A stretch of 64,000 nucleotides of DNA from Basidiobolus heterosporus B8920 (lineage: Eukaryota). Below the pieces are notes generated by a model that worked only from the letters and a program-made list of their open reading frames with translations, had not been told where the DNA came from and did no database searches. Both the position numbers and the translations under genes were made by a program. Location: the NCBI GenBank assembly GCA_000697455.1, contig JNET01029301.1, positions 1-64,000 of the forward strand. The letters are read 5' to 3'. Positions 25,328 through 38,992 of this stretch are shown piece after piece; the stretch's first letter is position 1; each line of letters starts with the position of its first letter.

Positions 25328-25658
25328 TATTCAGCATTCATCCCATCCCATCCCCAATCATCAGCATATCTCATTCCAACGCATCTCTACCCTTTCATTG
25401 GATATCCGTTGAATATCTTTTATACACATCAACTGTTTCATTTGAGGAATCTATCCTATTGAGCATACAGACAGATAAACACTTCAAGTCAACCAGGTAC
25501 GAGTGTAAAATTGAAGATTATGATTGGTTGTGTTGGATTGGATTAAATAAGATTCGAAGAACTTCAATGAGGTTATTATGCTACAGAGGTATAAATTCAA
25601 CTATAACTAATCAGGAGCAAGGGTGGGTAAATGGTGAGTAGATATACGAGCCAAGTTA

Positions 25659-28600
25659 CTAGCGTCTTTTCAAAGGTATATCCAATGTGCGCCTCTGTTG
25701 CCCAAGCCACGAAGAAGGCCCATTTCTCTGCGGCGCCGCTACGTCTCTTTGAACACGTCTCGCTAGGTCGTACCAAGCTGATATAATTAGTTGCTGTTCT
25801 CTCTTAGCCTGCACTCGAGTTTCATTAACTAACGCCTAAATTCATGATATTTCATTAATACCCGATTTCGTAAAGATAATACGCGGCAATACTTATACCT
25901 TCAATCTGCCTACTTCCTTATCACGATTAGTAAGCTCTGCTTGAAGAGAGGTCAAGGCTTCTTCATAATTCATCTTGAAAATAGACTCAGTTAAGCAAGG
26001 GTCTCAAACTGTAAAAGTGGATCGAAATACCTTGGGAACAGTTTCGGCCTTTTCTTTAAGCATTTTCATCTTGTAATCTTGATGACGGATATACTGCACA
26101 GCATCAGAATAAGTAAACGAACGGGCCAACACAATTCATGATTAACGTTACCTCTTTGGCCTTTTTCAGCTTCGCCAAGAACATATTGATATCGTTGTTC
26201 TTTTTGTCAATCTCCTCGAGAAGCTTCAAATTCTTCTGGGATTCCGTGAGCAATTGATTTTTCAGAGGTTCCGCGTCACCATTTTTGTTTTTACTCTCCA
26301 AGGCAGCCAACGTAACCTTAAGCTCACTTAAAATTTAGGTAATAGGTAAGTACGACAACTCTGGAACTTCTCACATTTCGAAAATACCTGTTGATCCGTT
26401 CTTTCTCAAGTAAAATGTCTTTACTTTGAATGTTCTGTGTTTGAACCGAATCTTTTTCAATTAAGAGCTCATTGATTTGGAGCATTTGTTTTTTGTTTTC
26501 TACATCAAGCTCGCGGTTTCGTATAACCAATCCATCATATTCCTTTTGGAGCTTGTTGATCTCAGCTCCAGCTTCTTCACGTATGGCCGCTAGAGCGTCC
26601 AATTTGTCTTTTCCAACTAAATTCACTGTTGAAAAAACGATCAAAGACAATAAGCGAGGAGAAGGTTAGGGTTGGGGTTGGGATGAAGTTTCCTTTCGAG
26701 GAAACAGGTTCAAAGCTTAAAGGATACAATCGGATTTACAAATCACAAGTTCCTTCTCAATACTTGCAAGTTTGGCTTCTGCTGCAGCTAACTTCTCTTT
26801 GGTTTCAGAGAGTTCCTTCTCGGAATCGTTCAACTTCATTCTCAGGGTAAGTGCAAAATCGCTTGCAGCACTGCGTTCGCGATTGTATTAGAGGTCAGTT
26901 GCTACAAAAACTTTCTGAATTACACAATACCGGTCAGGGTCTTCACCAGAGGCAGCCGCCCTCAAGAGATCCACCTCATTCTCGAGAATAAGGTTCTGCT
27001 GGTGTGCTTTGAGATAATCCTAAGATTGAAAATTCAGTATACGGCTCTATCGATAAGAAAACTGTAATTTCACATCGTACTTGCTCGAACTTAGCTTTCA
27101 TTCTGTTCGAGTCTTCTAGCAGATTCTCCAATAAAATGATTTGCTGCGCATTACCAGGATCGTTTCTAGTTTGGTGCATGGCTTGCACTTCACGCTCCAG
27201 ACGCATTACTTTAAGTTTTCTGTATAATAACGTTCATCAATCAATACTCTAAACAGATTAGCTCGGAGGAACTCAACACAAATACATACAGTTCTGTTGC
27301 ACTAGACTCTGCTAATGCCTCACTGAGGCCTTGACTAGGAACCTCAGAATCACCATCTCCGTTATGGGCCCTATTAAGCTCAAGACCAAGTCCTCCACCT
27401 AGAGGAGCAAAAGTTAAAACTAAGCACACGGTTGAAGGTAGTCTATCGCATACCACCGAGTTCCAATTCGCGAAGGCGATCTTCTAGTACTTGCAGTTGC
27501 TCATTGTCACTATTACGTTCCAATTCGAGCATATCGTACTGCTCTTTGAGCTTTCCAAATTCAAACTCCAACTTGTTTTTCTCGATAACCAGAAGGTTAT
27601 TTTTGCTTTCCAAGTTGGCGATTTGATCCTTATAAGAGTCCATCAAGGCCTTAAACTGGCTAACTTTACGATATTCTTCCTCAATATAATGATTTCTCTC
27701 GACCAGCTGCTTATTTTGATCTTCCAAAGTCTAAAAGAAACGTTACTCAAAAACCGATACTTCTACCGCTATTTTGTCGTGTGTAATACCTTAACTTGTT
27801 TACGAAGATCTGTGCTTTCTTCTAGTTTCTTCTTATACTTTTCAATTACGTTTTCAGTTTTTTGTAGTTTCTCGGCAGCATGTTTATATTCTTGCAGCTG
27901 ATCCTTCAGTTTTGTCGCTTCGTCGGCTTTTTTCGAAATATCTTCAAGCTAGCTGGGAGGTTAGTTAACGAAACATCGATGTAGAACATAAAATGAAAGT
28001 TTAACCTTGCGGTTGAGATCGTTAATTAGAGTTTCCTGTTGGCTAGAGAGCATCTCAGCTTCATGACGTTGGGTTTCAGCTCGTTCCCTAAATTAGAAAA
28101 GTTATCTCCATGAACTGTATCAAAATAAATTATAAGCACAAGTTCTTACAAGTCTTGCTTCAGGTTGTCTATTTCGGTTCTCATCAGGAAATCTGCTTTA
28201 CCAGTCTGATCGGCTCTTGCAGCCACTTGCTCAAGGTCTCTAAGTCTGCTCGTGAGATCATTTTTCTCTGTAGTCAAATCCTCCTAATGTCCCAGCATTA
28301 ATAAACGGTGAATTCTTGAGTTTCTTGTGTAAATACCGACAATCTTGTACTCGAGCTGTTTGTGGTCCTCCACTAACTCATTATAATTGTGCTTAAGCTC
28401 CTCGTGTTCATTTATCACACGGGCTCGATCAGCCTCTAATTCAAGGATCTGTTGATCTCTACGTTCGAGTACATTAATATAAAATCTTGCAAGCATCACA
28501 TACACATAACTTACGCTATAAGCTGAGGATTCTCATTCTTTTCAACTTCTTGTTCATCGCCGAGTCTGCTCATCACCTAGAGGGCGCAAATTTAGATACT

Positions 28601-29206
28601 ATATCTTTGGTAGTAGTAAGTATGAGTGATGAGAGCTACCTGTTCAATAGCTAACATCAAAGCATGCTGTGCTTCTTGAGTCAGAGATTGAATTTTTTCA
28701 ATGTAAATAGCATTGCTTTCGCATTGAACTGCCAAAGCAACTATCAGTGAAGCCAGCTTCAAGGTTTCATTTATCTCCCCATCTTTTGCGATGGAAGTAA
28801 GATTAGGAGCATCTAATAAATCAGAGGAGTGACCGAGGATTTCTTCATAGTATCGAGTAATTAATTTGTAAAGTTTTTTAAGATTATTGAATTTCAAAAC
28901 CCAATTATCTCCAACGTCAGCAGAGCGGATGAGTTTAAACCATTGGGGGTCACTATCAGTTTTATAAAACATTAACTTCTTATCAAAAGATGAAACCTCA
29001 ATTAAAAAGAGACTCACATTTCAGCAAGCACCTCCCACAACAGAATCCCATCAGAGAAATCAGAAATTGTTTCAGCTTTGCGAGTGATAGAACCGAACGT
29101 ATTGACCTAAAAAAGTCAACCTGTAAGACAAACAAATAAGGACTCTTCAGTTAATACAGGTAAGCACCCATTCTATGATTCCGGCGGCGTTGGACTCCAA
29201 GTCCAT
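25659..29206 (-). CDS. HOK1: Hook-family dynein/early-endosome adaptor (HookA/Hok1), multi-exon
   Basis: EWVNTF...DFSDGILLWEVL, NWVLKFNNLKKLYK, IEKYKKKLEE, long coiled coil, EQQLIISAWY...SWLGQQRR. Confidence 0.92.
26626..26727 (-). other. U12-type GT-AG intron in Hook, 102 nt
   Basis: 5'ss GTATCCTTT; candidate branch TCTTTGAT ~15 nt from the CAG; removal gives VICKSDL-NLVGKDKLDA. Confidence 0.8.
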
Positions 29207-30130
29207 TCTTACGAAAAGCAGTTGAGTGGAGGCTAAGTGAAAGGTTATAGTAGAGTCTGGGTAAAATGTATAGCTATTAACCTATTCAGGGACTTGATGT
29301 TGCCCTCCCTAAGAGCTTGATTTGAATCAAGTCAGCTCACGTTTGGCTCATTAAGGTAAGTTTCAATCTCACCAGCAAATATCAAGAGGTCAACTCAGGA
29401 GGGACTGCCTTTGTAGTGGTGCAATATTAAACATTGAGGTGATTGGAGTTTATTTCCTTCGATACGGTGTTTGACACTAATTGGTACAACGCAATCACGT
29501 TTATCGACTCCGCTCCAGCTTATTCTAGTCTGACCCTGAGCTTGAACTAGCTCATCAATCAGGTTCTCTCACAACCGCACATCATGGAAGGCAGATTCAA
29601 CAAAAATAGTTAGCTAACCCTAGTCATTGATCTAGAATATCGGTTTAAACATCCAAATAAGTTTGCAGTGTTAGCATACAATGATTGTTCATTTTCACAA
29701 CAACCCTAACCCTAGCCATCCCCTTATACATCCCCTTATACTGAATAATATCCCAAGATCCGAACACCCCCTCAAGCCACAAATACTTTCGGGACAGCTC
29801 GGCCTTAAGAAAGCAGATAATCATTGAGAATGATTTGAAATACTGACTCAATTGTGGCTCAGTGGGTATTCTTTCGGTTATCAAGTATTTCTTTGCCATT
29901 TTATTTCCATTTTTGGTTTGATTTTCTAAGGCTTAAGACTCAACTACAACTGGGTAAAAAAATACGATCAAAGCAGTGGTTGATGTGGGGTACGCCAGGC
30001 ACGACAACATCTCAGATATAGTGCAACCAACCATATTGATTATCAAGTAGGCCACCTTTACAGGAATCTGTTCGAAATAAAAAATCCCTTTGACCTGAAC
30101 AAGTCGTGCTTTTCTTGTTATTTTCCCACT

Positions 30131-31880
30131 ATGTTCAGTATTCGTTCTGGTGTTTTTCGCTCTTTGACCTCTGAGGTACCCAGAAATGCTCTTAGACGCA
30201 GTACGTGTTTCGTAATCGAGAGATTTACTATTTTCTCGAGAGCTTTTGTTTATCTTTTTTCGAATTATTCTTTGCGGCAGGTTTCCATAATTCTTCCATT
30301 AGCAATGCTGTTTCGAAGTTGCTCATGCCTGCTCTTTCACCTACAATGACTGAGGGTACTATTACAAGTTGGAAGAAGAATGAAGGTCTGTCTACATTGC
30401 TTTCCTCTTTCTTCTTGTATCTCGTTGTATTTACATGTCTTGCTATCCCAACTTACAGGCGATAAATTAGAAGCTGGAGATATTATTCTTGAAATAGAAA
30501 CTGACAAAGCCCAAATGGAAATCGAAGCTCAAGATGATGGCGTTTTGGCTAAGATTCTCGTACGTGTTGCAGCTATAGCTTTTTTGAAAACCAAACTGAC
30601 TCCAGGTGGTTGTTTAGGTTCCTACTGGTACAAGGGGTGTTGCCGTGAACTCCTTGATTGGTCTCCTGGCTGAAGAAGGTGATGACCTCAATAGTATCGA
30701 GATTCCTTCCGAAGTCTCTGCACCTGCACCTGCCTCCGAGCAACCTGTAGTCCAAGGCGAAGGTAAACCTAACTAAACTTTCATTGGATATGGCAAACTT
30801 TGAGTTTAATATCTTTAATATATAAATTCAGCTCCAGCCAGTACTCCAATCGCTTCTTCTACTGATCGTAACAACTATCTCAGCCCTGCTGTTGCTCATC
30901 TAGTTCGCAACAATAAGATCGACGATATTAATCAAGTTCCCGCTACCGGTCCAAAAGGTCGCATTCTTAAAGGTGACGTTTTGAGCTACCTCGGCCTAAT
31001 CAAGGGTGGCGTGCCTCAAGTAGAGTCAAAGCCTTCTGTGGCTCCTACCAAGGCTCCCCAAGCACCTACACCCAGTTCATCCGCCGCTTATGAAGATATC
31101 CCAGTCACCACTATGCGCCGAATTATCGCATCTCGTCTTTCTGAATCTAAATCTACTGTTCCCCACTCATATGTCGCAAGAGAAATTGTTGTCGATGAAA
31201 TCAACAAACTCAGACGTACGCTCAAGGAGAACAATCAAATTAGCGTTTCCGTGAACGATTTTATTGTTCGCGCAACTTCTCTTGCATTGAGAGATGTCCC
31301 CGAACTTAATGTTCGCTACAACTCAGCCAAGGAAGCCGGAGAGAGCATTGATTCGATTGACATTTCTATTGCTGTTGCCACTCCTACTGGTCTTATTACA
31401 CCCATTGTTAAGAATGCGGATCAACGTGGTTTGACCGACATTTCAAAAACTGTAAAGGAATTGGCGGCTAAAGCACGTACTGGGAAGTTGATGCCTGATG
31501 AATATCAAGGGGGCTCATTTAGCATTTCTAACCTTGGTATGTTTGGCATCGGACAATTCTCTGCTATCATTAATCCTCCCCAGGCCTGTATCATGGCCGT
31601 TGGCGGCACCAAGATTGAGGTAATTGAAGATGAAAATCCCATAGTACCATGTGAATCGGAACCTACAACCAAGGAAATTGTCGAACCTGATGTGTTCGAT
31701 TATCTCTCGGGCGAATCCAAATTCTCTTACAATGCCCCAGTCAACGGTAGCTTGAAGACTAGACAAGTCATGACTGTCAATCTCAGCATTGATGACCGTG
31801 TTGTAGATGCAACTATTGCTGGTGATTTCTTGAACAAGTTCAAGTTCTACATGGAAAATCCTATCAATATGATTTTATAA
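30131..31880 (+). CDS. PDX1: Pyruvate dehydrogenase E3-binding protein (protein X), multi-exon
   Basis: Lipoyl domain ([11 protein letters not shown]...ETDKA), PSBD (LSPAV...[14 protein letters not shown]), E2-like inner domain with DDRVVD in place of catalytic DHRVVDG. Confidence 0.88.
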
Positions 31881-32112
31881 ACACGCTCTTCACATCCTTT
31901 AATCAACAAGCTGCATGCAATAGATATCATCAGTCTACAATAAAACATGAAAAATCCTTCAACTTTTGACAGAAATTAATGATATTATAAAGAGTAACGG
32001 ACTGATAATAACATCTATTACTATGTACTGCGAAAATTGTAGTATTTTCATCACGTGCCCAGATTGATTGAACAGCGATGAATGCAGTAAGGGAATGTTG
32101 TGAATAGATTAT

Positions 32113-32154
32113 GATTAAATTGCGATTAAATTGCGATTAAATTGTGATTGAATT
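32113..32154. repeat. 11-bp tandem repeat (GATTAAATTGC)x~3.8 upstream of RPL23
   Basis: Directly visible; degenerates at the 3' end. Confidence 0.9.
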
Positions 32155-32304
32155 ATAGATTCAATGGAGACCCATTGCAGTCTAGAAGAAAAAAATTGTG
32201 ATCCCGTGACAAACAGAAATTTTTGAGAACTGGATCCACTCAAGAACAAAATGACGGCCATAGTGTGATAGCTTCCTTCTTTTTCCACCACTTACCGTAT
32301 CAAT

Positions 32305-32837
32305 ATGTCTAAGCGCGGTATGTGCCAACTTAGTGTTTTATCTGTATCGTGACTTCATTCGTTGATGGATGAATCGATACGTGAATAGATTTTTGTTTAC
32401 AACATACTAACTAGTCTTCATTCAAAGGACGCGGAGGAGCTTCTGGTAACAAATTCCGTATGTCTCTCGGTCTCCCAGTTGGTGCCGTTATCAACTGCGC
32501 CGATAACTCTGGAGCCAAGAACCTTTACATCATTGCCGTCACTGGTATCAAGGGTAGATTGAACCGTCTCCCTGCCGCTGGTGTCGGAGACATGGTCATG
32601 GCCACTGTCAAGAAGGGTAAGCCCGATCTCCGTAAGAAGGTTATGCCTGCCGTTGTCATCCGTCAACGTAAGGCCTGGCGTAGACGCGATGGTGTCTTCC
32701 TTTACTTCGAAGACAACGCTGGTGTCATTGTTAATCCTAAGGGTGAAATGAAGGGCTCAGCTATCACCGGTCCCGTCGGTAAGGAGTGCGCTGACCTCTG
32801 GCCCAGAATTGCCTCCAGTTCTGGTACCGTCTGCTAA
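32305..32837 (+). CDS. RPL23: 60S ribosomal protein L23/uL14 (intron 32318-32427)
   Basis: [37 protein letters not shown]...[18 protein letters not shown]. Confidence 0.98.
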
Positions 32838-33370
32838 ACTAGAGCTCGTTGTATAATCTATACTTTTGATGACCTCCATGTTCTTTCATAAGCACAATAA
32901 AATGTACCGATGGAAGTTTTATTTCACAAACATTTCCAATCGTTAACTGCCCCCATTTCTACAGGAAGCCTTCTGCAATCCACATAGGGTTCGTGTATTG
33001 ACCCCATAGTAGTCTATTCCCTAATGGAATTTTGTGGAATCTTAATATTTTCCATGTGTGTAAGATAAAGTGGAATAATTTGAATTCTTCCACCTATTGT
33101 TGAATGCGAAGTTGTGGTTATGTATATATATGTATAGATGGATATTCACTACCTAGAGCGAATCCTCCTTTCCTATAGAATTCGATATAGAGAAACCTTT
33201 TTCATTTTCAAGCCAGTTCCACCAAGTGTATATTTTAACTTATTAACTCTGATAAAACCTGCTTGTATAGCATTCCCCTGCTTCTTCAGTTTAATAGATA
33301 GCAGTCGCAAACAAACATGGTTGGTGCATATCAGGCTTTGCAGAGCTCAACAACCATAGGTTTTGAAAGT

Positions 33371-35903
33371 ATGGATATCGACGAAAACCACGAGTATCAA
33401 CAAAGTCAGTCTAAGTAAGTAACCCCACGCTTGAAAAGTCATACTTCGTAGAAAAGCTCAAACATCTATACTCACTACTGCAATAAGTTCTAGACAAACA
33501 TCTGACAACAACAAACTTGAGGACGACATGAAGGAACATAAACCAAAAGTCAACAAGTTGTTTTTTAGACGCTTAAGGAAAATATTACGAATTATCTTTA
33601 CCTTCCCTCGCCCAAACGTTACCACCAGTCTATTCATCGGTTTACTGGTCATTAGTGCACTTGACGAAGTAGTAGTTTATTTTGTGGGTACTCTTACTAG
33701 CCATTATTATGAAAAACTCGGCAAACGTGATTATAATGGCTTTCTGGTTTTGTTGACATATTCGGGGATGTTGTTGAGTTTTGCTTCATTGGTAAGTAGA
33801 TACTTTGGTAACTATATAGCTGTGATGTGGACAACTAAAAACAAACACTTTGCTTGCAAATGGTTAGGGGAAAAGTGCGGTAATATTTATCGGCAGTTGT
33901 TTCCAAGTGAAAGTGCGCCAAATTCTATCGAAAACTTTGCAGAGTGCATACATTCAACCATCTATATTTTACGAACTAATCAGCCACGAGCTCATCGACA
34001 ACCCGTAAGTACACCACCGATGCGTTGTATCTAAAGTACGTATGACTAATACATTTATAGAGATCAACGGATTACTCAAGATGTGGACAAATTTGCTTTC
34101 GAACTTGGCGAAATATTGGAAAAGATTATTATCACACCATTCATGATCATCTATTATACTTACAAGAGTTGGGCGATATGTGGGTTTGTGGGTCCGCTTT
34201 GTGTATACCTTTACTTCATAGTAAGCTCTATAGCGAGCAAGCTCCTGCTTGATCCAATTGTCAAGTTCATCTATTTGAAAGAAAACTATGAAGGAAACTA
34301 CAGGTACATCAAATTTCATCCTGTACCAAAATACTTGATAGACTTAACCCTCTCCTTAGATATATGCATGTCCGTACAAGAAGCATGGCTGAGTCAATTG
34401 CTTTTTATGGGGGCGAGAGGGAGGAGAAAAAAAAGCTGGACCAGTCACTCTCAGACTTGATACGCTGCCAACTCAAGATTGTTAGGAGACAATTTTTCTT
34501 GGATAGTAAGCTTCGATTGCAGTCGTTTGCGGTGGATACAGCCATGTCTCTAACTCGAATCTTTTCTAGTCGGCACACAATTTTACTCCTATTTTGGATC
34601 TATCCTAAGCTATATTGTAATTGCTATACCCATCTTTATCACTCACAAATATGATTCTGTGGAAAATGCCGATTTGAGTGCATTGATTAGCAAGGTACAG
34701 TGGGTTCCTGTGTGGATGTGACGAGTTTCTTCTGATCTATTATATTGCTTAGAACTCCTTTTTGATCATGTACCTTAACTACAAATTCAGTGTTGTAGTA
34801 CAACAAGCAAAGAGATTCACAGATCTTGCCGGTTATACTGCTCGTATTGGTCAAATGTTTGAAGCGATGAGTGATATCGATAACGACATTGAAAACAAAA
34901 ATATTGAATACCCTTATTCTGAAGCACCAGAGTTAGTGTTTTCATTTATACACAACACGAAGCTATGGCCACTAACATACATCATTAGATATGATACCAG
35001 TTCGATCATCTTGAAGAACGTTAGCTGTGTTACTCCAACCGGAAAACATCTTTACTCGGGTAGGTCATTTTTTAACATTACCACAAAAACCCTTCGACTA
35101 ACTGATTGTTCTACCAGGATTGAGTTTCCGGATTCAACAGGGAGAGAATCTCTTCATCACTGGTCCAAATGGATGTGGGAAAACGTCACTGTTGAGGATG
35201 ATCTGTGGATTGTGGCCATGTCACGAAGGTAATTGTATTTGGATAATTTAATGGTAGTTCAGTGTGTTAATGTCACCATAGGTCATATATCAACACCACC
35301 TCTGAGGAACGCGCGGGATGTGCTATTCCTTCCTCAAACTCCCTATCTTGCGTTTGGAACTTTGAGAGACCAAATCGTGTATCCTGGACATCCCGATGGC
35401 AGATCAGTATCGAGTAAGTTTATTGCTCAATCACTCCCTAACTTCTGACAACTAATATCCACTGAAATGCAGTCGGCGATGGAGAGATACGCAACCTACT
35501 GAAAGAGGTGGATCTGAGCGATCTTGAAGTGAGTATCACTTTTGACAAGGACTTTGGACAAAATTGGGATAAGCTCCTATCGCCCGGACAACAGCAACGT
35601 CTATCGTTTGCGCGTTTATTCTACTGGAGACCCCGGTTTGCTAGTAGGTGTCATGTCTCGCTGCTTTCAAGAAATATTTAATCAACATTTATTATGATAG
35701 TTCTTGATGAATCTACCAGTTCTCTGGACGCAAAGACTGAAGACCGGTTATTCCGCAAGTGTCAAGATCTGGGAATCACATGCATTACCGTCAGTCACAA
35801 CACATCTTTACAAGCATATCATCAAAATACACTTGAATTCAATGGACAAGGGGGCTTTGAATTCAGCCTGGCTCGCAATCAACCGGATCTATTAGAACTT
35901 TAA
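33371..35903 (+). CDS. ABCD4: ABCD-family half transporter, ABCD4-like (lysosomal/vacuolar cobalamin exporter type), multi-exon
   Basis: [24 protein letters not shown], Walker [45 protein letters not shown]. Confidence 0.82.
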
Positions 35904-36492
35904 TAAATGAATTTTGATTTTTTTTCTAGTTAATCCCTAGCTAATCTTCATTTTATTCGCATAGATATCAATCTCAATCCTTAGCTAACATTTATGGAAT
36001 ACTCCCTTTTTTACCGATGCGTATTTATTGATGGTTGATAGACACTGAGGTTCAACCGTCTTCGTACATTACTCTGATTTCAATACCTCTTTTGGAATCC
36101 CACAAAACAATGGAATTCCGAGTTAGCGAAGTTACTTCAAGTAGAATATTCCCAATCCAGGAAATTCAGTGAATGCCCTAATATGGTCAAGGAATCCCCG
36201 TTTCCAAAACGACCAAGACAGGAAAATTTCTACCCACTGGAGAACTGACAATCTAATGTTGGTTCTGGTTGTTTTCCTGTGACAAAGATGGGTACATCTA
36301 CTTACCAAAGTAATTGATAAAAATAATCCCTCTAAATCATTTGTTCCGTAAGTTTACTTAACTTTTAATGTAACATTAACATTAACGCTTAGATAGAAAT
36401 CACATATACAAAGTTACAATAAAAAAAGAGGCTGAAAATTAATAAATTATGGAAATCTTGCCTTTGATCAGAAGTGAAAACATAAGACTTGT

Positions 36493-37288
36493 CTAACTGT
36501 TGAAAATTCTAGAGTAAAGATGGTCATGAGTTCCTTGGATAATATCCAATAATGGTGAAGACTGAGCAGCATTTTCTGGTTGAATATCACAACCAAGCTT
36601 CCAGGCTTCTTCGGTAAAGTTCTGGCATTGGGCCAAGAGGGTTTGCGCGGAATAAGGGCCAACTAGGTTAAGACGCACAGCAGCAGAGATGATAGCGCGT
36701 ACAAACAAGAACAAGAAAAGTTCTTGAGTATTATCTAGAAAAGAAATTTATGTTACTTGAAATCCGACCATGAGAAATGAATAATTGCGACTTACTTAGA
36801 CTGACTTTCAAGTGTTGGCAAGCCATACCGAAACAGATGGGAAGATGACCACCGATTCTTCCCAATCTAACTTGGTGCTTCAACTTAACTCCTACTACAG
36901 AGTTAGAAAGTTGACCAAAACTCTTACTTAAAAGCATAAGCATAGCTGTTCCTTGTGCTTTAGAAGCTCTCTTAGTGGTAGTGTTGGATGTACTAGCTTC
37001 ATAGAAATCATCCAGTTGAATGAGTTGTTCCACCTTCTCTTCATCGCTATTGTCAGCCAAGTCTGAAATCTGATAGGCTTTGGTAACGAAAGGAAGAGTA
37101 GAGTATGCGTAATTATGTACACTGGAAGAAATAAACTTCAAAAGTGTCTCCTCATTATGAACATAACCAGCTTGAACAGAGGCCTCAAGACCGGAGGAGG
37201 CCACGAAACCACCAGTTGGCAAGGCTGAATCGGCCATCATCCACAAGAGCCAATTTTCGTGTTGAGAGTTAGCGGTGAAGATACTCAT
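36493..37288 (-). CDS. ureF: Urease accessory protein UreF (intron 36735-36795)
   Basis: ADSALPTGGFVASSGLE, RASKAQG, GHLPICFG, SAAVRLNLVGP, HDHLYSRIFNS. Confidence 0.95.
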
Positions 37289-38005
37289 ATTGGTTCAGGT
37301 ATTTACAACGTAAGGGGATTAAGAGAGCCTTGGCTTTAGAGGATACACTGAAATGGCTTACTCTAGGCAGTTCAATCAGGTTATTTATATGCAGAAATTT
37401 AGATCTCTCGTCAATTAGCCATAAACAGTGATTTAAGTCTTTTAAAAACGTATGCTCCTTTACTAGTAATTCTACTGCAGACTTACCTTATATGGTCCTT
37501 CTATATAGGGGAATCTTCACGAGTATACTTGGAAAGGTATTTCCCGTTTGAAATCCTACCAATCGTACCAAATGAGGCAAGACAAGACATACCGGCTTAA
37601 AATAATTTCTAAGTAAAGGAAATTGAGCATTGTTGATCAATAGCCGTTGGGTTGAGTAGCGTAAGTCAATCCAAGCTGAGGTGGCCCAGAGAAACCCAAG
37701 CCTGACGTAAGAAGGTACCAGCTCTTGAATGAACGGATTTATTACAAGAATTTACAAACGATGCGATTGTTGTTTAGTCATGATTTCGTGTCAATTTGTT
37801 TACTAATTTCTTTGTCTTTTCTCTTCTTGACATCAAACCATTGAACATACATTGGATCTAAGGGGCATTTTAAATGTTGCAAAAATATAGGAAAACCATC
37901 CTGATTTTTAAATAGTATATATATAGGAAAGTATCGAATGAAAAAGGCCAGTTTTGAGTGCCGATGTTCTCCAAAAAGTAACCAGAGAAACTCCACTAAA
38001 TTCAC

Positions 38006-38992
38006 CTAGTAAGGTGAGAAGTAGCCGCGACGTCCTCTAGATTGGATGAGAATGGAAATGATGTTAGAGTGGTCAATTAATTCCTTACGTAAATTCTATT
38101 CACCAACCTATGCATAGCACGGCCGCCTCGGAATCCCCCGCGAAAGCCTCGACCACGTCCTCTACCACGAGTCATACCCGGAATGTTGGTTCGCTTTGGT
38201 GTGACCTGGGTAATGAATTATGAGTATGCCATTATACTGCAAACCAGTCAAAGAAATAAAAGAAAAGCGTACTTTAAGTAAACGGCCTCGGAACAGGGAT
38301 TCGTTTAGAACCATGGCGTTGGTAACCGAGGAAGTGTCGGCAAATTCAATGTAGGCGTAACTAAATGAATTCGTTTAGTTTTGTATCAATTAATGGGCGA
38401 TATTTTGGTACTAGATATGCGAATGGAATGTACCCTTTAGGATGCCCGGTCCATTTATCGCAAATGATGGTAATACGGTTGATAGTGCCACATGATTGAA
38501 AATGTGCTTGTAATTCTTCAGGAGTGGATCCGTAATCGACCTAGATACCATGATAAGTGGGTTACTAAGGGAAACGTCAACAATACGCTAGTAAACCAAA
38601 TAATTACGTTTCCAACATAGATAGAGCGTGAATCCAAAGTCTCTTGATCCTCTAAAGTGACATCAGTATATGCATTTTTTGAAATTTGATCCAAACTGAA
38701 ACTCTCACTTACCAGAAGAAGCATTCATACTCATCTCCTGCTCAACCTGAGCTTGCATCTCTCTTAGCTTTGCAGCCTCTTGTTCCATTTCTTGGACGCG
38801 TTGCTTCATCGCCTCTAGCTCCTAAAAGTAAAAATCAGGATTGTGTTAAGCAAGAGCCTGTCAACATTGACAACCGAGAAGAAGGATCTATACTTCATCG
38901 ACATCGGTAATATCTACGTTATTTTCAGTGGTTTCTTGAGGAATCTCAACCCCGTTGGGTTCATTTGAGGCGACGTTTTCCTTATCTGACAT
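38006..38992 (-). CDS. PABPN1: Nuclear poly(A)-binding protein PABPN1/Pab2 (multi-exon)
   Basis: [69 protein letters not shown]...GYFSPY. Confidence 0.95.

Noticed and set aside
26659..26669. GAGAAGGTTAG, matching part of U6atac snRNA, antisense within the Hook U12 intron
   Set aside because: Only 11 nt with no further U6atac sequence or structure; likely chance.
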